In this document: one piece after another, positions 25,286 to 41,200 of the stretch
How the letters are laid out: each line of letters opens with the position of its first letter
Position numbering within the stretch: the stretch's first letter is position 1
NCBI GenBank assembly: GCA_037447605.1
Contig: CM074821.1
Location: forward strand, 1,612,001-1,676,000
DNA from: Zygnema circumcarinatum SAG 698-1b
Taxonomy: Eukaryota; Plantae; Zygnematophyceae
Direction: 5' to 3'
DNA: 64,000 nt
The notes under the pieces: model-generated
What the model saw: the letters and a program-made list of their open reading frames with translations, nothing else
Database searches by the model: none
Told to the model about the DNA's origin: nothing
Made by a program: the position numbers and the translations under genes

Positions 25286-26151
25286 GGGGAGTCAGGCCTT
25301 GACCATCGCTTACGAAATTCTCGAATTCCTTATACTAAGGAAAATTCTTTTTTCACACCTTCTTTGTCTATACACACTCCTTTTTCCGTCAAACAGACTT
25401 CATTTTAGAAAAGAAACGTTTTGAAACCCTGAAAACGCATTATAATTCCACAAGCATTGCTAGAGACATCCGGACAATCATCAGACAATGTGGCATTGAG
25501 GGATGTTGTTTAACTTTGCGACCTCTTTGAGCCACTTTGTCTCTTTGATCCAATACGAGAAGAGTTTGCAGGCATGTAACGTTTACTTTCCATTCAAACA
25601 ATGAAAACATGCTAAAATTTGTGCTTTCTACTTTTTTTTCACCAAAAATCGATGACCGAGCAGTGTCTATGTTCTTCAGGGCCGATCTCGTATTGGGTCA
25701 AAGAGATGAGGAGGCTCAAAGAGGTCGCAAAGTTAAACAACATCCCTCAATGCCGCAATGACTGATGATTGTCTGGATGTCTTTGGCAATGCTTGTGGAA
25801 TTATAATGCGCTTTTAGGGTTTCAAAACCTTTTTTTTCCTAAAATGAAGTCTGTTTGACGGAAAAAGGAGTGTGTATAGACAAAGAAGGTGTGAAAAAAT
25901 CATTTTTCGTTTTTAATCCTTTTTTTTCTAAAATAGAACCTGCCCAGCGAAAAAAGGTCTGTATGTAGACAAAAAAGGTGTGAGAATAGAATTTTCCTAT
26001 ACTAAAAGTCAAAAGTTTTGTGTACGAATTCTGGGGCGGGATCCACGGCTCTGCCGTACACAGCCGTACCAAAATACGTACCTAGCCAATGCTTAATTCG
26101 CCTGACAGGCTTACAAAATTGATTTGGCGATGGTCAAGGTCTGACTCCCCC
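25286..26151. mobile_element. MITE with TIR GGGGGAGTCAG..CTTGACCATCGC and TA TSD, containing a nested long-TIR element (~225-bp arms 25345-25570 and 25686-25905)
   Basis: Inverted termini and inner arms read directly. Confidence 0.75.
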
Positions 26152-26840
26152 TATTGACGACTCACCAAATAAAGGTTAATTTGATTTTACACATAGAGCG
26201 TAGACACCCGCCCAATTTCAACTTTCAAGAATTTGAATTTGGCAATAAAACTGACGTTCTATGTGGACCACGGGCACATCCCGTCCTAAAAAACTAGGGT
26301 CCGTTCTCCACCAACAGAGACATATGAACGGTCGGCGTGGCGAGCTTTTGAGGAAGCCTCCTCCCCGCAGAACACTTTGGACCGTCCGATCAGTCTCAGA
26401 TCGACGGCCAGAATTTCGTTGGTTTTCGTTTTAGGTACGTCGTAGCTTGAGCGGGATTGACATTCTTTTGGACCGTACTTGACTGATTCTGACTTTTGTC
26501 GTTTGCTTCGGCCTCGTCCATGTCGGGGTTTTTGCAGAACGAACGGACGAACTGAACGACTAAACAGACGGTCGCTGACGTCATTTTCATTCAGGTACGT
26601 CACTCCGGACACTGCAGCAGCCAGCAGTTTGCGGTTTGCGCCCTCAAACCGAGATTTGAAAACTGAGCGCGTTTCTGCGCCCTCCCAAATGGAGAGCCGC
26701 CACGTGTCTGCTGTCATTAGGGCATGCATTAGGGCAGGGTTTAGGGTTCAGCGCTCCAATAAAGCATCTCGTATTTACATACAAGGGCCATGCCATGGCC
26801 TGCCTGCCTGTCCCCCCGCTCTCTCTCTCACACTCTCTCC

Positions 26841-26930
<90 letters not shown>

Positions 26931-27201
26931 TTGTCCCTTTACATTGCGGCCCTCTTTTTCCTCTTATTCCTCTCCAGAGCCGATCGCATTGTCGCCCACA
27001 ACTTCCATGTTGCTGTTCACATTGGATTTTCCCTGTTCCGTTCACACTGCCGATACCCTTCGCTGCCTGATTGAGGGAGGGAGGGAGGGGGGAAGGAGGG
27101 AGGGAGGGAGGGGAGGGAGGGCGGAGGGAGAGGGAGTGTGAGAAGGAGAGGAGAGGTAGAGTTACGTTTACTTTTCGAAAAGATGGCTTTGAAGCAGGGA
27201 A

Positions 27202-27369
27202 CTAATGGGAAACGTGGACACCATCCTTCGGAACATCGGTCAAATCATTGAACGTTTCGAGCCGCTCTTTCGTGTAGTCCATAATGGTATAGTCAACAAT
27301 TCCCTGCAAGCATAAATAGAATATGTGCATTTTGACGCATCAGGATGTCTGGACTTTAAAACTCCTGCA

Positions 27370-27432
<63 letters not shown>

Positions 27433-29495
27433 CTCTCTCTCTCCCTCTGTTTGTAGGTGAGACCTGTTTTAAGGTTCTTACTGCCATCATTCCATCGAAT
27501 TTCGGCTCCTTCTCCTCACCAACAATGGCCTTTGCTTCCTTCCACCACTCGCTCCCCTCTTCCCACAAGTATCTGAAATCGCTCAACTGTCTGACCCGAT
27601 AATGAGCGGAAAGTGGAGCAAAAAAGCCGGGCTGCTTCTCGTTTGTAGCGATGTAAATGGTTCTGCCGGTAGAGATATTTCTCTTCTGTAAAACTTCTAA
27701 CAAACTGCACACCATACAGATGGAGCCACTGGTCAGTGATTACTCCCTAATTAAGAGTTCAGATTCTAAGTGTTGACAATTTGAGGTTTTTGTGTTAGGT
27801 TGAATTGGAACTAAGGCCACCAAGGAGAAGTTTTAGCACTCACTGAGGTGGACTCGTATCTTCATCAAGGTGGGGCCATCTATCTGGGTATTCTACTTTA
27901 TCCCCTCTCCGAACATGTATAGCCACAAAGTAGTATTTCATATCTCCAAGAATTGTATATGCGATCTTTAAAAGTGATGGCGCAAAAGGGAAAGCTCCAT
28001 ACGGACGATGAATGTTCTGCAATGAAAGGAAAAGCATGAATTGAAAATAGCCTTGAGTGCTTGCACATAAGATAGTTGATTTCATCAACCTGTCCCTACT
28101 GACCTCTTTCCTTTCCTCCTCCATCTCTGTGCGTTAGACTCATTCCTCTTCCTCTCTCTCCCCTCCTCTACCTTCTGTCACCCACTTCTCTTCCCCCATC
28201 CCTTCCCTTCCAGTCTCACTCCCTCGTTTTCACACTCCCCTCCCTCCCTCCCTCCCCCTTTCTAGACGCTTGTAACTTTTAAGAATACTCAAAAAAGGTA
28301 TGATGGACTAGTGTTGTGAAACTCAAAAACATTCAAACATAAGTGACTTTGTAGAAAAGGCTGCGACTTTGAAGCACACCTTTCTGCCTCACCGGGTTCT
28401 GCATGCAGACTTGATATCCGTAGTTACGCTCTCCATAGGAGCGGTAAACAATGGTGGCATTACTTTTCTGAATCTCTTCAAAAGGCGGCCCATTTGTGAT
28501 CGGAGCTTCCAAAACAGAGAAGTTATTTTCCGGCCGAAGGGCCGCCCATTTCGCCCATCCGTCTAGGAACACTTTCATGTCAATTATTGGGAGGGTTCTG
28601 CATAGAACGTGTGCCAAACAGTTCCGCCAAACCTCGACTAAGAAAGGGGAAGGGCACATGTGTGGAAGAGTTGCAGCTCAAGCAGCCGCTGACTCACAGT
28701 CATACTCATCTTCATCTCTCTTATCCCACTCCCCTCCCCCCACCTCGTTTTCCCTTCCATTTTAGTTTATTCATCACCTGAGTTGCCTCAGTACATACCC
28801 ATACTCCCCACTCTTACTTTAATTCCAGAAAAAACTCATCAACTTTGCCCCATTACCAACCCACGATCCTGTTCTGGCAGGCAGCTTAGCCCACTGTCAG
28901 ACAAAGCAACCCACTTGCGCGTTCTCTCCAAGTCGAAGTAGAGCGCGAAGGGAGTGATGGAATCATTGCCGTCGTTGTGTACGGACACGACGCCCACCTC
29001 CAGGTCGAGCACGAAGATTCGCCGAAGCAGCAGGGCCTCCCCCGCCATGCACGTGTAGCTCCACCGCCGGTGACTCACTCCCGCGAAAAAATCATTATAA
29101 TGCCGCTCGTAGAACAAGTACTTTTGATCCGGATCGAACGAATCCTCCCCACGGCCAGTCCGCCATGGAGGGTTCGGGCCGGACGGAGAGGGAGAGAGAG
29201 AGGGAGAGAGAGGAGGGAGCGGAGGGGGAGCAGTGGTAGACGGAGTGATATCTCCGAAGATCCCTGCAATGTCAGACGGAGCATTGGGGGCGGGGGGAGG
29301 CGGAGAGGGAGAGGTGGAAGTTGAAGCAAGCGGCTCGAAGGGTTCAGACAGGCCTGCTCCGCTGACAGCTGGAGAAGAGGGCTGCAGCAAAACTCGGTCG
29401 TGTACTACCACGTGGCAGACCCACAACCCGAGGCCGAGTCCGACCGCCATGGCACACCAAACAAAGAGGCATTGCGCTCCTCTACTGGCGGCCAT
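27202..29495 (-). CDS. SUB1-like/GT68-like protein, paralog C, 427 aa (exons 29495-28915, 28597-28393, 28016-27844, 27704-27482, 27303-27202)
   Basis: Exons 581/205/173/223/102 in frame. Closest to paralog B, including introns. [25 protein letters not shown]. Confidence 0.88.
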
Positions 29496-29755
29496 GGCCG
29501 ACTCTAGGAAGTAAGGAAGGAAGACAGGGCAGGTCCTCTCCGCCCCCCGACCTTCCGCCGAGCGCGCGTGCCCCCCCCCCCTCTCCGATTGGCGCAGAGT
29601 CACCCCCGCACGTGCGAGCCCTCCGATCGGGGTCCCTTGTTCAGAATTATAGTGTACTCGCGTTATAGTACATTGGTTATAATGACACAGTGGATTTACT
29701 CGCGCGTTCGGAATGGTTATTCCGACCGGTGGGGCCCAATTTCCGACTCGAGGGA

Positions 29756-31116
<1,361 letters not shown>

Positions 31117-32231
31117 GCGTCGCGCGCATAGCATAGCATGGACATGCCATCACATGTCATCCCATGGACAACGACCTCACGGGGAACCACAAGGAGCCTA
31201 CAGCTGCCAGCCTAGGAAACATTGCTTCTGGGCCCACCGACAACACCAGCCGCCAAGGTCGCTCACGATCCGGAAACTCTGGGCCGTCCGATGTCTCTGG
31301 ATCGACGGTTCGATTCGCGCCGCAGACGTCGGAAACATCCTTCGGTTGGACTTTGCTTTTGACCGTTCTTGACAAATTCTGACTATCTGTCGTTTCCTTC
31401 CCAGTCGCGTTCCATGTAGCGGTTTTCTTGGAGAACGACAGGACTGAGTGGTAAGTTTAATGACATCATCACTGTCGTTTACGTACGTCATTCCGTACAC
31501 CGGGCCAGCTTGCAAGTTTGTGTCTGCAAACCGATATTTGAAAACTGAGCGCGTTTCTGCGTCTCGCGCCTCCTCGCCCTCTCAAGAAGGAGAACCCCCA
31601 AATTGTCGGAGAGGGAGGGAGGAGCGGGAGGGTAGAGGGAGGGTTTGGGGTTCAGCGCTTCAATGGAGCATAACTTGCATTCACGTACATGGGCCATGCC
31701 ATGTCACTCGTGTCCAGGCATCCTCAAGTAAGGTAATTCGGCTTAAGATAAGGGTTTTTTATTCAAATTGGTTATGGAAAAACCCGTAAGAAAAGGAACG
31801 TACGGAGGGCTAGAAATATGTACCGAAATGTAAGGGTGACGCTTTTTTACCGACAAGTTTTTGTGAGTAAAACCCAAAATTTGAAAGTTATGATTTTCAA
31901 CGTAGTTTTTGTGAGGAGGTTTCTAGACTATGATGGATTCTAAGAAGGTGATACTTTGAGTAATCCACGATGGATGGAAATGGAGATGGAGAGCTTTGGG
32001 CGCGATCTGCCAACCTTTGATGCAACTCGGTCTTTGAATGAGTAAATTACATGTTGGGATTGCAAAATGCACCAGTGTTCTCATTGATTGGTAAAAAATC
32101 CAATTCCAGCCAACAGGTCCCTCCCACACAGTCTAAGCCGTCTCTCTCCCTCTTCCTCTCCCTCTCTCTCCCTTTCTCTCTCTCCCTTTCTCTCTCTTTC
32201 CCTCTCCCCCTCTCTCTCTCTCTCTCTCTCC

Positions 32232-32270
<39 letters not shown>

Positions 32271-32974
32271 CTTGTCCCTTTACAGCGCGGACTCCATCGG
32301 TGTTGCTTCCCTTTTGCCGTTCTCTTCTCCTCCGCCACCACGCTCGCTGCCTCACATCGGCGCGTTTCAGGACTTCACGTTTTGGCGCAGGTGACTCAGT
32401 GAGCTGCGTGGTGCCGCGGACTGCACGGCGCAGGCGAGCAGCGCGATGCGGCGTCCCCTTTTGGGTTTGGCGTCTGTGCGAAAGGGCGCGCTCCACGCCT
32501 CAGCTTCAGAAGCCGCGGCTTCACGCTGAGTATTCGGGCTTCTCACACCACCCCTCGCAGTATGCGTCTGAACAGTTCCGAATCTGTAGATGAGGATGAG
32601 GGGATGGGATTTGAGGTTGCTAGGCAGGTGCAGGAACTGCAAACCAAGACAGGAAGGGAGGACGAGGGGAAGGTAGAGAGAGAGGGCGAGATAGGGAGGG
32701 AGGAGGAGATAATGAGAGAGTATGACAGAGGTGCAGAATGAGAGATAGAAGAAGCGTCGTAAGGGAGAGCCTCTTTACCTCATCCTCTGTTGCAAAGTGA
32801 AGAAGAAATAAGAATCTCGGCATGCGAGCAACAGCCGTTTTGCCGGCTTAATTTCCGCTACGGCTAAGGAGATCAGGGGAGAGGGAGAGCGATAGAGGGA
32901 GAGGGGGAAGAAAAGAGTGATAGAGTACTTACTACCTTCCAAACTATGATTCTTGGAATCGGAAACACACTGGA

Positions 32975-34883
32975 TCAGATAAGACCCATTTTTGGAGTGT
33001 CGGTCAAATCATTGAAGGTTTCGATCTGCCATTTTGCGCGTTCAAAAATAGTATAATCGACAATCCCCTGCAAAACGACTGAGGGATGCATCAGGAAGAC
33101 TAAACGAAGACAAATTGCAGCATTCAATTTCACATTTGAAGGTTCGTACCGCCATCATTCCATCAAATTCCGGCTCCTTCTCCTCGCCAACAACCACCTG
33201 TGTTTCATTCCACCACTCACTTCCCTTCTCCCACAAGTGCGAATAATCGCTCAATTGTCTGATCCTATAATAAGCGGAAAGTCGAGCAAAAAAGCCGGGC
33301 TGCTTTTCGTCTGTGGCGATGTAAATTGTGCTTCCGTTTGTGACATTTTGTTTCCGCAGAACTTCTAACAAACTGCACAGCATGCAGATGTCGCCATGGG
33401 TCAGTGACTGATCTGCGTTTGTTCAGGTCGTGAACTGTGTAACGAGTTGGAGATGTTGACAATATGACGTTTAATTAGATTAAGTTTGAAGTGAAACTAA
33501 GGAGAGATTTTTAGCACTCACTGAGGTGGTCTTGTATCTTCATCAAGGTGCGGCCATCTTTTTGGATCTAAGAGTTTATCGCCTCTCCGAACATGCATGA
33601 CAACAAAGTCGTAGTTCATATCTTTAAGAATTTTAAACGCTACATTTAGAAGGCTTGGCGCGAATAAGAAAGCTTCATACGAACGTTCAATTTTCTGCAA
33701 AGGAATGAAACATGAAATAAACAGTACCTTCAGTACTGCTTGCAAATGAGCACATACGGATTCGACAGACTGCCCCTCCTCCCCTCTCCCCCTCCCACCC
33801 CTCTCTGTGCGCTTGCTCTCCTCTCCTTCATTTTAGTCACTCTCTTCCCTCCCCCTTCCCTTTGAATTTCACTTCCTCATCTTCACGCAAACGTTTTCTC
33901 TCCTCCTTTTCCTCGACAATTTTGATTTTCAAATATACTACCAAAAAATGTAAACTCATCGAAAAATATCCTTAACGGACTAGTCTTAGGACCCTCAAAG
34001 CCATTCAAACATGCGTGTATCAATAAAACAGCAATATTTGAGCTTAGCTTTCTGCCTCACCTTATTCTGATCGCACACATCATATCCGAAATCGTGCTCT
34101 CCATAGGAGCGGTAAACAATGGTGGCATTGCTCTTCTGAATCTCTTCAATAGGCGGCCCATTTGTGACCGGAGCTTCCAAAACAGTGGGGTGGTTTACCG
34201 GCCGAAGCGCCGCCCATTTAGCCAACCCGCTTTGGAACACTTTCATGTCAATTATAGGGAGGGTTCTGCATAGAACGTGTACCAAACAGTTCCGCCAGAC
34301 CTCGACTAAGAAAGGGGAAGGGCACATGTGTGGAAGAGTTGCAGCTCAAGCAGCCGTTGGCTCAGAGTCAATACTGATCATCGTAGAAACATCATCCATT
34401 TTTGCCCCAGTACCAACCCATCATCAAAACCCACTTGCGCGTTCTCTCCAAGTCGAAGTAGAGCGTGAAGGGAGTGATGGCGCCCTTGCCGTTGTTGTGT
34501 TCGGCCGGAACGCCCACCTCCAGGTCGAGCACGAAGATGCGATGAAAAAGCAGGGCCTCCCCCGCCATGCACGTGTAGCTCCACCGCCGGTGACTCATTC
34601 CTGCATAAAAATCACGCGGATTTCTCTCATGGTAAAGGTACTTCTGATCCGGGTCAAACGAATCCTCCCCACGGCCAGTCCGCCATGGCGGACTTTTGCT
34701 GGACGGAGAGGGAGAAAGAGGACTGAAGCGATCAAACAGATCTGCTCCAAAAGCAAACGACCACAGCTGCAGACGGTCCGCCACGGCCGCGTGCAGCAGC
34801 CACCCTGCCATCGAGGCAGCCATCGCGATAGCCATGCACACGCACGGCCATCGCGCCCCTCCTTCTGCGAACATGCGCCCCAT
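32975..34883 (-). CDS. SUB1-like/GT68-like protein, paralog D, ~380 aa (exons 34883-34435, 34265-34061, 33694-33522, 33372-33150, 33067-32975)
   Basis: Exons 449/205/173/223/93 in frame. TM CVCMAIAMAASMAGWLLHAAV, VMHVRRGDK, IYIATDE, IETFNDLTD. The start could be ATG 34883 or 34874; an N gap lies 40 bp upstream. Confidence 0.85.
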
Positions 34884-37800
34884 CCCCCTCCCCCTTCAGC
34901 TCCCCCTCCCCCTCAGCTCCCCNNNNNNNNNNGCTCCCTCTCCCCCTCAGCTCCTTCTCCCCCTCCCCCTTCCCCTCCCCGTCAGTTACCTCTCCCCCTC
35001 AGCTCCCTCTCCCCCTCAGCTCCGTCTCCCCCTCCCCCTTCCCCTCCCCCTCAGTTACCTCTCCCCCTCAGCTCCCTCTCCCCCTCCTCCCTGCAAGCCC
35101 CGCCCTCCGTCTCCTGTAAGGACCTTTTCTTCTCCGCCAGCGCTCGACAGCCTTCGGCTTAGCGCGCTAGCCTCAGGCTACAGCCACGGCCGCAGCTACA
35201 GCTGCTACTGTGGCTACAGCCGCGGAGCAGCGGCTACATGTACGGGTCAGCCTTACGAGGCTGCGACACGGCGGCACGCGGTACGGCACTGGCGGGAGAT
35301 TCTCGATATCGGTAAGTTCGTTATCTTCCTTGTCGTAACGCGAATTAAGAAGGCTTGATAAAGTTGAAGTACAGTACCCCCCCCCAATATTTTCCAACGG
35401 AAAATATTAGGAACCTTGACCATCGACCTGTCATCCTTGAAAGTCCGTACAAATACCGTTTGGTCACAGCTTCGAGGAAAGGCGAAATACCGTACATTGA
35501 GAGCCTGTCCAATCACCAATCAATCCAAGTCAATGCTGGTTTCCAGGTTGAATGCTCCTGCATTCGCCCCACGCCCCTATAGGTCTAGGTCCATATGATA
35601 TCGAACGCGTTGTTGAGCCTAGAAGTAGACATCCGTTTCGAGGCTTTCTCTTTGTCCTTATGTCCATTGTGACCGCTTCTTTTGGTTCCCTATGTCGATT
35701 TTATCCGTGTACTGTACATTTGATGGCCTTGCCATCGTGAGTTCAATCAAACCTCTCTCTTTTGAACGCGTATATAATACGTCTTTAATACATGCGTATT
35801 ATACGGCATTTTAAAATACAGTGTACTTTATATGTATTTAACGCCGTTTCTTTCGTTTTCTTGCTAATTAAACGGAGATTGATTATTATAATTGAAGCTT
35901 CAAGTCGTAAGGCAGCTCTAGGACACCTTGTACTAGAGCTTGTCCGTATACCATTTCGTACACAATTTTTGTACGATTCTATAACTGACTGTACGGATCA
36001 GTACATTGTATAATACCGTATTAATAGAAAGAGCAAACTTTCATTGAACTCGCGATGGCGAGGCCATCAAATGTACATGGATAAAAGCAAAATGTGGAAC
36101 CACGAAGGACTGGTCACAAAGGACCGAAACACAATAAAACGAAGCTAGGAGCGGAAAACTACGCCTAGGCACAACAACGCAGCCCTAGAAGCNNNNNNNN
36201 NNCAGAGGTGGAGGAATAAGGAAAGGAAGGGAAGGGAAGGGACCAGGGAGGCGACGGGAAGGGAGAAGGGAAAGGAAGGAGAAAAACAGCAGAAAAGGGT
36301 GGAAAGGGCATAAAAGGCGAGAGCAGCTCAAAAAGAAGAAGCACAACGACGAAGAGACGCAAAGGGGGAGACAAAAGGGAAAACGCAACACAGTAAGACA
36401 AGCTACGGCAGAAAATGTCAGAAAACAAGGCGAGAAACGTTAGAACAGAAAAAACCGCAGCAAAACAGCAGCAAAACAACCAAAAACAAAAAACAAAAAA
36501 CGAAAAGAAGCACAAACAACAAAAACAGAGCAATGCAGCAAGACACGCGACAGGAAAAAGCAAAGACAACGACAAGAGGCTGCCACGTGGCCGCGGCAGA
36601 GGCGGCGGCAGCAGGCGCAACGGTCGGAAGCGCCGTTCGCGGGGCTGAAAAAAAAAAAAAAAGTATATGATAATATACAATGTATAATGTACAATGTATA
36701 ATACCGTATTAATACGGTATTATACATTGTTATACATTATACATTGTATCGAACCTCAAGGAGGAATGATGTTTGATTGAACTCACGATGGCAAGGCCAT
36801 CAAATGTACAGTACATGGATAAAATCGACATAGGGAACCAGAAAGAAGCGGTCACAATGGACATTAGGACAATGATGAAAGCCTCGAAACGGAAATCTAC
36901 TCCTAGGCTCCACAACACGGCACCAGAAGCAGCCGCGAAGGTCGCCAATATGTGGCGCGGCACGCGCAGGAAGGGGCCAAATGGTGCATACTCAAGGTCA
37001 ACCTCAAGGTGTATATAGTACCGAGCTACACCTATACGCTCCCCACGTCAAACCCTCTACAGTACCAGCTGGAGCGGGGCCGACCACTGGCGAGACGCCA
37101 CGTGGCCAATCGGCTGACTCTTGTCAGTGCTATAGGTAATCGGAGGGTCCGCCGCATCCAGCGGCCGCGTAGCCTTGCGGCGCACGTCCGACACGCGGTC
37201 GGGACGCGGCGCCGTGCGGCGCGCACGTCCGACGCGCGATGCCGCAATGTGTCAGTCAGTCCGTACCATCAGTACCTCATATAGGGGGTCCTCGTCATAT
37301 TTTCGCCATGGTTTCGGCAAATATCGGGCGAAAATATTGTTTTTGGCAAATAGAAGGTCCGTGTTACCAATAGGCGAGCGGAATTATGTTAGAGTTCATG
37401 TATGTTCGTACGTACCATATCGTATCCTTTGCTGTCATATCGTACCACATAGTACCGTATCGTTTAGTACAGTACTGTACTGTATGGAAAGTACGGCTAG
37501 TACGGATAGTACCGTATTGGGCCGTGTCGTATCGTATCGTATCGTATTTAAGAAGGGAAAAATCTTTTCTCACACCTTTTTTGTCTACCCACAGACCTTT
37601 TTCCGCCGGGCAGGTTCTAGTTTAGAAAAAAAAGGAATTAAAAACGAAGAATGCTTTTCTCACAACTTTCTGGAATCGATACAAACCTTTTTCCGTCGGG
37701 CAGATTTTACCCCAGTTTTTTTTTTGGAGAAAAAAATATCGGCTTGTCCGAATCCGCTCGGAGCGGACGACCAGTCCGGCACGAGATCGTACGCGGGTGT

Positions 37801-38269
37801 CCTTCACACGTGCGGAGAATCTCCGCTGTCGACTAACTCGCAGATCGCACCACGGCAGATCACCGTTCGATCTGCAGTCGGCTCGGTCCCAGCGAATGGC
37901 ACACGCCCACGTGTCCCACCAAAAAAGCCTTCTGGCGCGTGCGAGAGCGAGCGTCCCTCGGTCCCGAGATCTCCGCAAAAGTATGAGCTGGACCGGCCAG
38001 CCTGCGGCGGCTCGCCGTTCACAGCTAACAACCAATCACAATCTGCCACGTGTTATTTGTATTGCCGTGGCTAACTATTATTGGTCCAGGCTCCTAGTGT
38101 ACGGTATTTCGTCTTTCCTCGAAGCTCTAACGGTACGGTATCCCCCCCTAATATTTTCCACCCGCTTACTTGCGTTCCAAAAGAAATTCGCCCTGATTTT
38201 GCCGAAACCACTTTTTTGTACGGTAAGTCTGTGTTATTGTACTAGGGGTGTTAACCTAACCTGACCCTT

Positions 38270-41200
38270 TCTTCAATACAGAATCTGTTAATCGAAACGG
38301 AATTCAAACATGGGTCACGCTATGCCGCTGTACAAAAAGTACGGAAAGTACTCAATTCCAGAAAGGTGTGAAATAACAGGCTGCGGATCAAGATCCTCGT
38401 GCGTTGCCCTTTTATAGAAATGTCTTCGAACCTTAATTATGTGAAGTGAACTGAAACGGAAACTGATCGAACACATAAGCTAAATGGGTACGCGATATAT
38501 CCCATTTTCTGCGCATTCAATTCAATGAAACGTACAACCAATCAGGTCGCGCGACGTGGCAACGTCAGACTTGCGGCAACTATACCCCATTTTCTTTAAA
38601 TTCATCTTTGACAACCTAATCGAATCCGTAGGTCACATAAAACATTCAAATCGAACGCTGTCGTACGTAGAAAACGACACTTGGCAATGACTGAATGGTT
38701 ACGCGATATACCCCATTTTCTGCGCATTCGATCCAACGAAAAGCACAACAAATCCGGACGCGCGACGTTGCAACGTCAGACTCGTGGCAACTATACCCCA
38801 TTTTCATTAAATTCTTTTTTTAGCCTGGTATGTTGGAGCTGTGATTAATTTGACCAACACCATAACCAATAGGGGGGTAACACCATAACCGTTTCGGGCG
38901 TTGTCAACCAGACCATTCCGAAATCTTGCTTTTCCGTGTTTACGACAGAACAAGCTGTTACGGTTTACCAACCCACCCCGGTACAAACACATGCCGTTTC
39001 GGGCATTGTCAGCTTCGACGCAACCACAATGAAATCCCCGATTACGAAAACCGTACAAAAGGGCCACATCACCTCGTCCAAAGACGATTTGTCGGAATAA
39101 GAGCTTCGTTTCGTGCCGGTACGGTGACGTCGACGACGTTCCGGTGTTGACGTTCGACGACCGACCTACAGATTGACTGCCGTACAGATTCTCTGCCCGT
39201 CTGGTCCCCTTCGCCATTTTCCGGCTGCTACATGATTGGTCCACGTGGCGACACTTGATTCGTAGCCGACATTCTGACGCGACTCCACTGACGCTTCGTT
39301 CCGCCGCTTCGTGCACCACCGTTGATCTCCATCCGTCGCGCCACATGTCGCGCGCTCCACGCTCCGCACTCGCGCCGCGTCCAATCAGCGCTCCGCTGGC
39401 CGTACTCCAGCGCGCCGCTCCGTTCATCTACATTTCTGCCCAATCTTCGTGCGCGCGCTGGTAATGGCAAACACCCGAACTTGTACGGTCGCTAAGGCGG
39501 TCCTCCATGCAATATGGACGCTATAAGCACACCACTTAGAAAGCCGGGCGCCATCTGCGCGTCGCATCTGCGCACCGTCGTATTCGCGTATGCGCCAACG
39601 ACGTCGCCGGTGTCGCACGCGCTGCATCGCCGGCCACGTAACGAACCGCCACGGGCTAGCAAGAAGAGACGGGCCACGGGCTGCAAACATGCGTTTCGGG
39701 CATTGTCAACCGACAATCACAATCCCGCGATTACAAACATCGTACAAAAAGGGCCACATCCGGGGCTCCACGGCCTGTTGCCGGTTTTCGTGCGCGGTAC
39801 GTTGTGACGTCGACGACGTTTACGATGATGACAGCAGAAGCGATTCAGAAACACGGTAATATCATGCTACTATTCTTTACGTCCTCCGACATCATTTTTC
39901 TTACATACTTGATTAACGAAGGTTACTCTTGATCATTCGAGGGATCCTCATTACGCTGAGGATGGAACATGGGTGGAGTGAAGGGAAAATAATTGGAAAA
40001 ATGAAGGAAAGAAAGGATGAAGAAGAAACATCGAGTCGAAAAGAGAGCAGAGATAGTGGGGAGGGAAAGAAAAAAGGAAGGAAGTAACATGGAGTGTAAT
40101 GATGAAGGGAGAATGGTGGAGAAAAGAAGGAAGAAGAAGGAGGAAGGTAGATTGAGTGAAAGGAAAATGGTGGAAGGAAGAAGGAAGAAACAGAGGAGAG
40201 CGAGGAACATGGGTGTAGTGAAGGAAAGATGGTGGAAAGGAGATGGAAGAGAAGAAGAAAAAGAAGAAAAGGAGAGATATCTTGAAGGAAGAATGGTGTA
40301 TATGGAAGGGAAAGAAGAAGGTGTTGATGGAGATGAAAGTTACTAGCCTAGAGTCAGTCCATTGGCAATAGGGTTGTAGGGAAGTCTGTCCCGGTCTGTC
40401 CGTTAGTCGGTCGATGCAATGCAATGCGGCGAGTGTGTGTGTCATCCCGGTCGATCCGTTGATCGATCGTCGGCGTCTGTGAAGGTTAGTCGGTTTGTCG
40501 GTCGGTTTGTCGGCGGTTCTGTGTCCGTCCGTCGGTCATTGACCCGATCCTTGCGATCCTGCGGACTATAAAGACTTTAATGTCGGCGAAGTCCGCCATT
40601 TTAAAACCTCTTATGTGGAATTTTCGACTAAGATAAGGTTCATATATTTTTATTTTCATATGTAAAATGACAAATAACCATACTTTGATTTGAAGGACCC
40701 GGTCACGGAGATAACGAAATTCGAAACAGAGTAAGGTTTGTATCTATGTTTATTTTCATATGTAAAAGACAAATAACCTAATTTGATTTCACGAAGGACC
40801 CGATCACGGGAGATAACGAAATCAAGAAACACGAAAAGGGTGGTATCTATGTTTATTTTCATATGTAAAATGACACATAACCGTACTTTGATTACTGAAG
40901 GACCCAGTCCTGGAGATAACGAAGATCGAAAAGAGCGGAAATCGTCAAACTTGGAAATCCGCATCAAAACAGGTTCTTACTTCAATTTCTCATTCCTCAG
41001 CACATAGTTTTGAGAAGAGCCAGAAGAAGAGTTGTAGAGGTACTTAAACCGGTAGGAAGAATGGTAGAAGTCATGTGGAAGTAAAGAAAGAGTGAGAGAG
41101 AGCTTTTACCATTTTTTTTTCCTTTTCTTTTTCTTCTTTAATAATGTTTTTGTTTTTTTCCATTATGTGAGTGTCGGCGTGTGTGTGGCTATGTCTGTAT

